Under the pieces are notes generated by a model, which was not told the origin of the DNA, searched no databases, and was given only the letters and a program-made list of their open reading frames with translations. 64,000 nt of DNA from Candidatus Latescibacterota bacterium (GTDB taxonomy: Bacteria; Latescibacterota; UBA2968; UBA8231), in the NCBI GenBank assembly GCA_965203175.1, contig OZ241867.1, positions 5,696,001 through 5,760,000 on the forward strand, in the 5' to 3' direction. Each line of letters begins with the position of its first letter. Positions within the stretch are counted from its first letter, which is position 1. Below, piece after piece: positions 49,060 through 57,772 of this stretch. Made by a program: the position numbers and the translations under genes.

Positions 49060-49803
49060 TTAATCAGATAGCCGGAAGGGTGGATACTGGTCGGTGACTA
49101 GGATAAAGGCGTAAGCGTCAACGCGCAGCCACCAGCGATCAACACCAACTACTAGATTGAACAAGTCTCGGGGATAGCGCCCAGTAAAGAGGATGGCAAA
49201 CCAAGCCACGATGATACAGAGAAGAGCTACAATGCTCAACGGGATCAGGATGATGTAGTGGGGGATGGCCAAAAACCACTTGATTAGGGGCAACCAGCGG
49301 TTGAGATCTTGCTGGGCATCTGGGTAATCGATGTCCAAGTGAACAGCCTGTTCCTCGTCCGTGGAGGGGTATTCGTCGCGCAGTAGCGATGCGTAGGTCC
49401 AGACTCGGGTAGCGAAACGCAGGAATTCGAGATTAAAGTCGAACCACCAGCGGGGATACTTGCGGCGGAAGAGCAGCATAAGCAGGATCGGGATGAAGAG
49501 CAGGCCGAAGCCGTAATTCCACTCCCATTCGCCTTCTGCGTTTTGGACCCACCCGAAGAAGCTGACCCAATTGAAGAAGACATCGGAGACCCAGTTGAAG
49601 AGATTGTTGGGGAACCATTCGAAGAGGTACTCAAGGTAACCAAAGTAACCAAGGCTGTACATCATACTGGAGTCTATAAAGGCCAAGACGATCGCAATGG
49701 GAATGACGGTAAACAACCGGAAGAAGGTCGTGAGGCGATTGAGGGGCCGGTCGGGATAATCGACGTCAAAGCGGAGGGGATAGGAATCGGTGGGTGCGTT
49801 CAT
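49060..49803 (-). CDS. DUF4389 domain membrane protein
   Basis: LNRLT.FFRL, KYPRW, DEYP, LNRWLPLIKWFLAIPHY and TDQYPPF motifs; start moved to ATG 49803. Confidence 0.85.
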   Translation of the reverse strand: MNAPTDSYPLRFDVDYPDRPLNRLTTFFRLFTVIPIAIVLAFIDSSMMYSLGYFGYLEYLFEWFPNNLFNWVSDVFFNWVSFFGWVQNAEGEWEWNYGFGLLFIPILLMLLFRRKYPRWWFDFNLEFLRFATRVWTYASLLRDEYPSTDEEQAVHLDIDYPDAQQDLNRWLPLIKWFLAIPHYIILIPLSIVALLCIIVAWFAILFTGRYPRDLFNLVVGVDRWWLRVDAYAFILVTDQYPPFRLSD

Positions 49804-49933
49804 AGGGACGCTCCTGAAGAGGATTGGGAATGTATGGGAACATTGTAAAGTAGGTATCGACCATTCTTGAGCAATAGGTTGGGTTGCGGTCCAAAACAGC
49901 GTCGGAATGGGAAAATGTAGCGAAATTGAGCCT

Positions 49934-52384
49934 TCAAAAGTCCCGCAGCGCATCCGGCCACACCTCGGCCGCAATCGGCGGGCGCGGATGAGCAGCCGAA
50001 GGGGCTGCACCCCAATAGCGCGCGCCGATAAAGCTAAAGGCCGCATACCACAGCAGAGCGACCAAGAGCAGAGCACCCACCGCCCAGCGGCCCGCACTAG
50101 CCGGGCGAGTCACTTCCACGTCCGCAGAAGTCCGGCGGCTGCCCAAGAAGAGCGCCGTACCCACCGCCACATACGCAGCCGCGCCGACCGCGAGCGATGC
50201 GCTCGCTCCCCATTCCATACCCAAAGCCACGGCTCCGACCGATCCGAGCACCGAGAAGAAACCATTGACAGCCCACAGCCAAGGGACGATTCCGGCGCGT
50301 TGTGAACCACCCAAGCGCAGGCAGGAGGGAAAACAGGTGCCTAACAACATCCCGAGTGGCGCGACGAGAGCCAGAGTCAACCCGACGCGCGCAGCCAGCG
50401 GCCACGCCAACGCCCCAACGAGCGCACCATCGAGCAAGAACCCATAGAGATAACAGACAAGGCCGACAGCCACGCCAACCCACCCCAACCCCCGAGGGTG
50501 CGCAAGTGTGCGGCACCACCCACCTACGAGACTCCCGGCCCCCGTGCCCAGCAATAGCCCGAAGAGCGCGACTGCCAGCGTCAGGGTTGGATAGCCTAAG
50601 AACAGGCCAAAGCGCTGCAAGAGATGGATTTCGACCATCATAAAGCCCACGCCCAACCCAGCGGCGAACAACGCCCACAGCAGAGGCGGCAGCCCAGACG
50701 CGCTCCGCTGGCGCATACTCGGCGCACCAAGCGGCACCAACATCACCAGTGCGCACGCCAACAGCGCACCGACCAACAGCCGAGTTAGCTTGGAATCCAG
50801 CCCGCGAGTAGCGTCGTAAAAAAAAGGGCGGTCGTCAGTCGTCGGCGAAATATCGAGTGCAGATGCAGCGACAAAGTCCGCCAATGTAGTCCCGCGCAAC
50901 GCCGCCAGCGCAGGCCGTTCGCGTCTGCCGGGCGAGAAGTACGCATCTAAACCCAACTCCTCCATGACCGCGTGTAGTCGCGCCAATTGCTCGACCGTAT
51001 AGGGCTGCTGTTGCACCAGCAACAAGGGACGGTGCGCCTCTTGCCGCGCCGGGTCGCCGCGAGCACCGTTGACGACGACGAGATGGTCGAGGACCGCACT
51101 CGGCTCGTAGCCGCGCTCTTCCCACAAGGCACCTAAAGTGGCGACCACGCGCAACATCAGCGCGTGATTGTGAACTATGAGCGCCAGTCGTCCCCCCTCA
51201 GCGAGGTGATCGAGATAGGCGGCAAACGCCTCGCGAGTGAACAGGTAATTCTCGGAGAGCGCGTACCCCACCAAATCGGCCGCCTCAGCATACACCAAAG
51301 GCAGAGCAATTAGATCGTAGCGCGCACGCGAACGCTCCAAATAGTTGCGGCCATCGCCAATGTGCAACTCCACGCCCTCCAAGTCGTACAAACCGCCATT
51401 GTACTCTCCGTATGAGCGAACCAGCGCAGCGATCTCCGGGTTAATCTCTACAGCTTCGATATGCCGCCAGCCGGTCATCAGCGCGTAGAGCACGTCGGCA
51501 CCACCGCCCGGCCCAATAATCAGGGCGCGCTCGCGGCGCGAAAAGTAATAGGGGAAAAACGCGGCCTCGCGGCGCACAAAAAACAGCCGCCGGTAATCCC
51601 CGGAGAAGCGGAACATGTACGAGCCAGCCCCGCCGTCTACATACAGATTCAGGCCCGTGTCGCCCGTGCGATCGACTAAGTCAGTGCGCGCGTACGCGCT
51701 CCAGCGCGTGTCCTTCACTTCCCCACGATGGCGCTCCGCACCCAAGGCGCGGAACATCGGCTTGTCGCCGTCCTCAGCTAGGGCACTGAGATCAATGAGT
51801 TCGCGTTGTTGGAAACTGTAAACGACAAGCCCAGTCGCTAAAATAATTGGGCAGGTCCATATCCAGCGATTCAAAAAGAAAGCCGCGGCGGCCATAGCGA
51901 AGACGCTCGCGCCTAATAGGACACCGACGCCGCCCAGCCATTCGAGGGCCGGCACGACGTAGAGGATGCCCAGCGCTGCGCCGACCAAGTCCCAAAAGTA
52001 GAGAATTTGGCTTTGTTGATAACGCGCCCGAAAGGCGAAGGCAAGGAATGCGCCAGCGGCGATGAAGGGAAGGCCGGCTATGCCGACCAGCAGCAGTAGT
52101 GGCATGCGGGGAAATTGCGCTACGGCAAACGCACCGCAGATCATGCTGACGCCACAGCCGACCGCCCAATAGCCCAAGTGCCAGTGTAGCCGCTCTTCCC
52201 GCACGTGCAGCACTGCACTCAACGCGGCCCCAAGCCCCAAGCCGCACACCGCCCCTGAGACCACTAAGAACGTATAGTGATAGTGTTGCAAAAAAGAAAA
52301 CAGCCGGACGAGGCCGATTTCATAGCCAATGACGGCCGCGGCTATCAGCCCCACGCCGAGCTGCAGCCACCGCTCAGCGCTCAC
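49934..52384 (-). CDS. Polytopic membrane protein with spermidine-synthase-like class I SAM-binding domain
   Basis: N- and C-terminal TM bundles; LIIGPGGGAD, AVEINP, GDGRNYL, TDDRPFF and WAVNG motifs; GTG start overlaps the upstream gene. Confidence 0.82.
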   Translation of the reverse strand: MSAERWLQLGVGLIAAAVIGYEIGLVRLFSFLQHYHYTFLVVSGAVCGLGLGAALSAVLHVREERLHWHLGYWAVGCGVSMICGAFAVAQFPRMPLLLLVGIAGLPFIAAGAFLAFAFRARYQQSQILYFWDLVGAALGILYVVPALEWLGGVGVLLGASVFAMAAAAFFLNRWIWTCPIILATGLVVYSFQQRELIDLSALAEDGDKPMFRALGAERHRGEVKDTRWSAYARTDLVDRTGDTGLNLYVDGGAGSYMFRFSGDYRRLFFVRREAAFFPYYFSRRERALIIGPGGGADVLYALMTGWRHIEAVEINPEIAALVRSYGEYNGGLYDLEGVELHIGDGRNYLERSRARYDLIALPLVYAEAADLVGYALSENYLFTREAFAAYLDHLAEGGRLALIVHNHALMLRVVATLGALWEERGYEPSAVLDHLVVVNGARGDPARQEAHRPLLLVQQQPYTVEQLARLHAVMEELGLDAYFSPGRRERPALAALRGTTLADFVAASALDISPTTDDRPFFYDATRGLDSKLTRLLVGALLACALVMLVPLGAPSMRQRSASGLPPLLWALFAAGLGVGFMMVEIHLLQRFGLFLGYPTLTLAVALFGLLLGTGAGSLVGGWCRTLAHPRGLGWVGVAVGLVCYLYGFLLDGALVGALAWPLAARVGLTLALVAPLGMLLGTCFPSCLRLGGSQRAGIVPWLWAVNGFFSVLGSVGAVALGMEWGASASLAVGAAAYVAVGTALFLGSRRTSADVEVTRPASAGRWAVGALLLVALLWYAAFSFIGARYWGAAPSAAHPRPPIAAEVWPDALRDF

Positions 52385-55300
52385 CTTGGGCCTCGCGCTG
52401 ACGTAGCTTGGCGAGCATCTGCTGCGCCTTGCGGTGTTCGGGGTCGGCTTCGACCGCTTGGGCAAACGCCGCTGCGGCACGCGCCCCCTCGCCAGCCAAC
52501 AGGTACGCATTACCCAAGTTGTAATGGGCACGAGCGTAATCGGGATCGCGGCGCAACACCTCTTGGTACGCAGCAACGGCCAGCCCCAATGCCCGGCGGC
52601 GGAGGTAGATATTGCCCAAGTTGTTGCGGGCGTCGAGATGACCCGGTGCCACGGCTAAGGCCGCTTGGTACGCTTGGCTGGCGGCCTCGTAGCGACCAAT
52701 CCGCGCATAGACCACACCCAATTTGTAATACGCGTCCGCGTCGTTGGGGTTGAGCACCACGGCCGTTTTGTGGGCCAGCAATTTTTGGTGCTCCTGCTGC
52801 AACGAGTGGAAATAGTCGAGGAGCTTGCGGCCGCGCACGGTCGCGCCGCGCCGCAACAACGCCTGGCCCAAGTGATAGTACACTTCCTCGCGATCCGGAT
52901 CTGCCTTTAAGGCCCGCTGCAAAAGGGGTATGGCTTCGGCGTCCGCGCCCTCCTGCAAGAGCAGGATGCCCAACCGCCCCAAGAGCGCGGCGCTGTTCGG
53001 AGCGTGCTCCAGCCCCTGTTGCAAAGCGGCACAGGCCGCAGCCACATCCTCGCGCGCCATCCAGATCTGGGCCGCCAGCTCATGTGCTTCAGCGCGCGGG
53101 GGCTGCGCTTGTACCACGCTGGCGAGCTGCGCTAGCGCAGCTTCGTATTGCGCCTGGGCAAAGTAGATCCGCGCCAATTGCAGCATGAGTTCCACTTCTT
53201 CGGGCAGGGCCGCAAGACCTCGGTGCAAAACGTCTATGGCCGGGCCGTAATCAGTCTGCCGCGCGTGCAAGCCGGCCAAGTTGAAATAGGCTTGAAGGTA
53301 GCGCGGCGACAGCGCGATGGCGCGCTCGTAGAGCGGTACGGCTGCGGCCAAACGCTGTTGGCTCAGGTGGATGTTGCCTAGCACGTAGTGCGGCTCAGCT
53401 AGGGTACTGTCGAGTGCAATCGCTTGTCTCAGCGCGGCGACCGCTTGTCCTAGCGCCCCGCGGTCGGCGTAGAGCTTCCCCAAGCCCACGTAGGCTGGGG
53501 CCACGCCCGCGTCGAGTTGCAACGCACGGCGATAAGCCGCCTCCGCTTCGCCGTACGCGCGCTCGCGCGCAAGCGCGGCGGCTAGTGCGGTGTGGACGCT
53601 GGCTACTTCCGGCTGGACGCGGGCCGCAGTGCGCAACTCGGACAACGGGGTTGCGCGCGGCAGAGGAGCGCGTGTCTTTTCCGGCAAGACTAAGGGTGCT
53701 TCCCTCCAGAACTGCTCCAGATCCTCGGCATCGCGGCCTTGGGGCGCAGCCTGCGCGATAGCTGCATCAGCCGCTTCTTGTGGCGCACTCGCATCCGGCT
53801 CGACGACCCGCAGCACCTGACCGGCGCGCACGCCCTTTAACACTTGGCGAATGCCCGACGGCCACGCGATCTCCACCCGCTCGGCCTCCTCGCTCGACCC
53901 CAAGCCAAAAAACATCCGCGCGTCGTTTTGCGACAAATAGCTCGCTGCGCTGCGCTTTTCCGCCACCAGCGTCCGGCCGGCCACGTGCACCACCACGCGA
54001 GCGCCGTAGCCATCTCGATTGCTCGTCCGCCCCTCTAGCGCCAGCGCTAAGTAGTGCCCCGCTTGGGTGTCGTTGCGCCAGAGCAGAGCGCGTTGCCCAG
54101 TGTTGACCAAAAAAATATCTAAGTCCCCATCGTTGTCGTAATCGGCCACAGCCGAGCCACGGCCGACCAAATCCCGCGTCGGCGCGGCCACGCCAGTGCT
54201 CACACTCGCATCGGCAAAGCGACCTTGACCATCGTTGAGGTACAACTGATCGCTCTGGCCGTACGCGGCCTGTGGGTCAAACCGATTGATGTCTTCGTCG
54301 ATGTGGCCATTGGCCACGTAGAGATCGGGATCGCCGTCGTTGTCGGCGTCGAGGAAGTTGATGCCAAAGGCCAACTTGTCCAAGCTGTTGGCAGCTATAC
54401 CCGCGGCCAGTGATTCGTCGGCAAACATCCCGCCGCCCGCATTGTGGTACAGGGTGTTGCTCTCCCATTGGAAATTGGTCATTACCAAGTCGAGGCGACC
54501 ATCGCCATCGCCGTCGGCCACATCCACGCCCATTGTCCCTTCGGGCTTGCCTCCGGCATTGTACGCCACGCCAGCCACGAGCCCCACTTCGGTAAAGCGG
54601 CCGCCGTCGTTGCGCCAGAGAAAATTCGGCGTGGCGTCGTTGCCCTGAAACAGATCGGGATCGCCGTCGAAGTCGCAATCGACAAATACTGTGCCCAACT
54701 CGCGGCCTTCGCGCGTGAGCAGCCCAACCGCGTCTGTCACATCCACAAAGCGACCGCCGTCGTTGCGCCAGAGCGCGTTCCGCTCCCCCGGGTATTCGGT
54801 AGGAGCCAAGTGCCGCCGCGGCCAGCGCAGCGTTCCCCCCTCACTCAGCTCGCCGCGCTCAAATTCGTAGCGCAAGTAATTCGCCACGTACAGATCTAGA
54901 TCGCCGTCGAGATCGTAATCGGCAAACGACGATCCGGTTGACCAGCGTTCGTCCGCCCCAATCCCGACCGCAGCCGTCACATCCGCAAAGACCCAATCCA
55001 TCGCCGATCCTTCGTTGCGATAGAGCCGGTTGCGGCCAAAGTTGGTGACGAAGAGGTCGGCATCCCCGTCGTTGTCGTAGTCCCCGGCGGACGCGCCCAT
55101 GCCGTAACCCGCATCCGCCACCCCGAGGCTTGCGCCGATCTCGGCGAAGTACCCGCCGTCGTTGCGATACAGCGCGTTTTGCGGCGGCACCGCCGAGACA
55201 TACCCAGGCAAATCCGCCCCATTGACCACGTACAAATCCATCCACCCATCGCGATTGTAATCGAAAAACGCCGCTCCAGAACCAATCGTCTCCACCCCGT

Positions 55301-55457
55301 ATTTGCGCCCGGACCGGCCGCTGGTATGCACAAAATCGATTCCTGCTTCGGCGGTCGCATCGACAAAGCGCACAGTAGGCACAGCCGGTGGCTCGCTCGC
55401 AGTACAGCCGCATACTAAGGCGACGATGCACGTTGAAAGTCTGCTTGGAATAATCAT
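52374..55457 (-). CDS. FG-GAP/ASPIC-UnbV protein with C-terminal TPR array
   Basis: Lipobox-like VCGC, FG-GAP repeats, SYLSQND..FFGLG and about 10 TPRs. Confidence 0.9.
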   Translation of the reverse strand: MIIPSRLSTCIVALVCGCTASEPPAVPTVRFVDATAEAGIDFVHTSGRSGRKYGVETIGSGAAFFDYNRDGWMDLYVVNGADLPGYVSAVPPQNALYRNDGGYFAEIGASLGVADAGYGMGASAGDYDNDGDADLFVTNFGRNRLYRNEGSAMDWVFADVTAAVGIGADERWSTGSSFADYDLDGDLDLYVANYLRYEFERGELSEGGTLRWPRRHLAPTEYPGERNALWRNDGGRFVDVTDAVGLLTREGRELGTVFVDCDFDGDPDLFQGNDATPNFLWRNDGGRFTEVGLVAGVAYNAGGKPEGTMGVDVADGDGDGRLDLVMTNFQWESNTLYHNAGGGMFADESLAAGIAANSLDKLAFGINFLDADNDGDPDLYVANGHIDEDINRFDPQAAYGQSDQLYLNDGQGRFADASVSTGVAAPTRDLVGRGSAVADYDNDGDLDIFLVNTGQRALLWRNDTQAGHYLALALEGRTSNRDGYGARVVVHVAGRTLVAEKRSAASYLSQNDARMFFGLGSSEEAERVEIAWPSGIRQVLKGVRAGQVLRVVEPDASAPQEAADAAIAQAAPQGRDAEDLEQFWREAPLVLPEKTRAPLPRATPLSELRTAARVQPEVASVHTALAAALARERAYGEAEAAYRRALQLDAGVAPAYVGLGKLYADRGALGQAVAALRQAIALDSTLAEPHYVLGNIHLSQQRLAAAVPLYERAIALSPRYLQAYFNLAGLHARQTDYGPAIDVLHRGLAALPEEVELMLQLARIYFAQAQYEAALAQLASVVQAQPPRAEAHELAAQIWMAREDVAAACAALQQGLEHAPNSAALLGRLGILLLQEGADAEAIPLLQRALKADPDREEVYYHLGQALLRRGATVRGRKLLDYFHSLQQEHQKLLAHKTAVVLNPNDADAYYKLGVVYARIGRYEAASQAYQAALAVAPGHLDARNNLGNIYLRRRALGLAVAAYQEVLRRDPDYARAHYNLGNAYLLAGEGARAAAAFAQAVEADPEHRKAQQMLAKLRQREAQGER

Positions 55458-55499
55458 TACTTTGATGCGTTTACAATAACCTAATTAGCATTTAGCAAA

Positions 55500-55528
55500 T
55501 TTACACGGCACTAAGGCGCTAATATATT
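55500..55528 (+). promoter_or_regulatory. Sigma70-like promoter for the 55566 gene
   Basis: TTTACA-17 nt-TATATT in an AT-rich divergent spacer; AGGAGG RBS before the TTG start. Confidence 0.6.
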
Positions 55529-55565
55529 TATTGGAATAGATGAAAATTTCCACCAGGAGGCCTCT

Positions 55566-57191
55566 TTGCTGCGTCTTTTTCTTTTGTTGCTCACTGCTGT
55601 ACTCCTCGCCTGCACCTCCCCCGAACCTCCGCCCAGCCCAGATGTCCTCGCCCGCGTCGGCGACGTCACCATCACGCGCGACCGCGTCGAGCGCGCTGCT
55701 GCACGGCTTTTTCCCAAGAACGCCCAAGGCGACCTCCAGCGCCAAGCCCTTGAGCGACTCATCGACGTCGAGATCTTGCTGTTGGCCGCTCGTCAAAACG
55801 GCCTAGAAAACGACTTCCAGGTCAAAAGCAAGGTCGCGCAACGACAACAGGAACTCATCCTCGACGAAATGTACCGCCGCGGCGTGGTCGCTGTCGCCGA
55901 GGACATAAGCCGCGACGAGGCCCGCCAGTACTTTGAGCAGCACCGCATCGGCCAGCAGCGCCGCCTGAGCCGCATCCTCGCCAGCGGGCCAGCCGCTATC
56001 GACCAAGTACTCGCCCGGCTGCGCGGCCCCGACAGCTTTGCCACCGTGGCGAGCGAACTCTCCGACGACGGCAACACCGCCCAGCAAGGGGGAGACCTTG
56101 GCTGGAAGAGCCGCCTCGATTTCAAAAACTACGTTCTGCGCCGCCAGATATTCAGGGCCAAACCCGGCGAGATCATCGGTCCCGTGCAGGAGCCAGACGG
56201 CTTCTCGGTCTTCGTCGTCACCGACGAGCGCAAAGTGACCTTCGAGGAGATGGCCCCGGCCGTCATCAAAGCCATGCAGGAGCAGAAGCACGCCCTCGCC
56301 ACCTTTGAATTCCTCGAAGGACTAGCCAACCGCGCCGACATTACAGAACGACGTGAAACCTTAGAGCTGCTCTTGGCTCGGCTCAGCGAAGCTGGCGAAG
56401 AAATGCCCACGTTCAAAAAGGGAGAGACTCAGCTAGTGCTGCTCGAACTCGACGGCGAGCCGTGGACGCTGAGTAACTTTATGGCCGCCATGACCAGCGA
56501 GCGCAACCCGGCGGAGATCCGCGAATTGGATGACTTGCGCCGCTTCGCCCGTCGCCTCTATGCCCTCAAGGTTTTGTTGCCACGCCACGCCCGCGAAATA
56601 GGCATCCACGAGGCTGAGGGCGTCGCCAAGGGCATTGAAACCACGCGCCGCCAAGCCTTAGTCGAGCGCATCCGCCAAATCAGAGTACTCGAAACGCTCA
56701 AACCGTCCAAAGAGGAAATTCGCGCGTACTACGAGGCGCACAAGGACCTCTACGTGCGCGAAGAGCGGATCTCGATCCTCGAAATCCTCGTCGATACCCG
56801 AGTCCAAGCGGACTCGCTGTTGGCCGCCATCGAACGCGGCGGCGACCTCGGCGAGTTGGCCCGCCGCTACTCGCGGCGCAGCACCCGCATCCGCCGCGCT
56901 GAAGGGCGCATCCAGCTTTTGCGCCCCGACAAGTACGGCAATTTAGGTTGGGAAGCCAAAGACGCCGAGGTCGGCCAGATCGTCGGCCCGGTCAAAACCG
57001 CGCAGGGTTTTACGGTCTTCAAGGTGCTCAACAAGGTGCCCAGTCGCCAGCAGAGCTTGGACGAGGTCTGGGGCCGAGTGCGCTCCCACGTGCTTCAAGA
57101 CCTGACTCAAGAACGCTTCGATGCGTTGCTGGTCAAACTCAAGGATCAGTACGCCGACCAGATTCACATCTACGAGGACCGCCTGCATTGA
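55566..57191 (+). CDS. Parvulin-type PPIase/foldase lipoprotein with two rotamase domains
   Basis: Lipobox LLAC; SFATVASELSDD..QGGDLGW and GQIVGPVKTAQGF motifs. Confidence 0.85.
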   Translation: MLRLFLLLLTAVLLACTSPEPPPSPDVLARVGDVTITRDRVERAAARLFPKNAQGDLQRQALERLIDVEILLLAARQNGLENDFQVKSKVAQRQQELILDEMYRRGVVAVAEDISRDEARQYFEQHRIGQQRRLSRILASGPAAIDQVLARLRGPDSFATVASELSDDGNTAQQGGDLGWKSRLDFKNYVLRRQIFRAKPGEIIGPVQEPDGFSVFVVTDERKVTFEEMAPAVIKAMQEQKHALATFEFLEGLANRADITERRETLELLLARLSEAGEEMPTFKKGETQLVLLELDGEPWTLSNFMAAMTSERNPAEIRELDDLRRFARRLYALKVLLPRHAREIGIHEAEGVAKGIETTRRQALVERIRQIRVLETLKPSKEEIRAYYEAHKDLYVREERISILEILVDTRVQADSLLAAIERGGDLGELARRYSRRSTRIRRAEGRIQLLRPDKYGNLGWEAKDAEVGQIVGPVKTAQGFTVFKVLNKVPSRQQSLDEVWGRVRSHVLQDLTQERFDALLVKLKDQYADQIHIYEDRLH

Positions 57192-57268
57192 GAATTAGGA
57201 ATTAAGAATTGAGAATTGAGAATTAGGGCTGGGGCCGGGAATTCCTAATTCCTAATTCTTAATTCTCA
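57189..57268. repeat. Heptamer (GAATTRR) tandem repeats forming an inverted repeat between convergent genes
   Basis: tga-gaattag-gaattaa-gaattga-gaattga-gaattag, a GC spacer, then gaattc-ctaattc-ctaattc-ttaattc-tca. Confidence 0.92.
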
Positions 57269-57742
57269 GTAAAGATCATCCTCGCCAAACCGCATCTTCC
57301 CTTTTGAAGCCTCCCCAAAGTACTGCTCCACCTTCTCCCGCGACCGAGGAAAGTACCGATTCAATTCTTCCACCACCTCTTGCACTTTTTCCGCATCCTC
57401 TCCCATATCCAGCAAAAGCCGCGCGTACAAAAAGAGTAGCTGCAAATTGCGCCGGTCCACTTCCATCGCCTTCTCCAGATGCGCCCGGGCCTCCTCCAAC
57501 CGTCCCTCGTCAGCTAGAGCCGTACCCATCAGCAGATTGGCTTCGGCTCCCTCTGGATACAGTTCCAGCAACACTCGCGCCAGCTCCTGCAAGGACGTGC
57601 CTTTGAGCTGAGGTTGCCCCCGTGCGTGCGTGCGTTCCAAAAGGTGCCCGTACTCAGTCGTACGCTGCCGTTCAAAAAAGGCTAGCCCGGCACCGATGAT
57701 CGCGACAGCCAAGAGCAATTTGAGCGAGCGCAAGTATCGCAT
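57266..57742 (-). CDS. Small membrane-anchored TPR protein
   Basis: N-terminal TM, YPEGAEANLLMG...EARAHLEKA TPR-like helices, and an AAGGA RBS. Confidence 0.75.
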   Translation of the reverse strand: MRYLRSLKLLLAVAIIGAGLAFFERQRTTEYGHLLERTHARGQPQLKGTSLQELARVLLELYPEGAEANLLMGTALADEGRLEEARAHLEKAMEVDRRNLQLLFLYARLLLDMGEDAEKVQEVVEELNRYFPRSREKVEQYFGEASKGKMRFGEDDLY

Positions 57743-57772
57743 TTGGATTTCCTTTTCGTGCCCTTTAGAACC

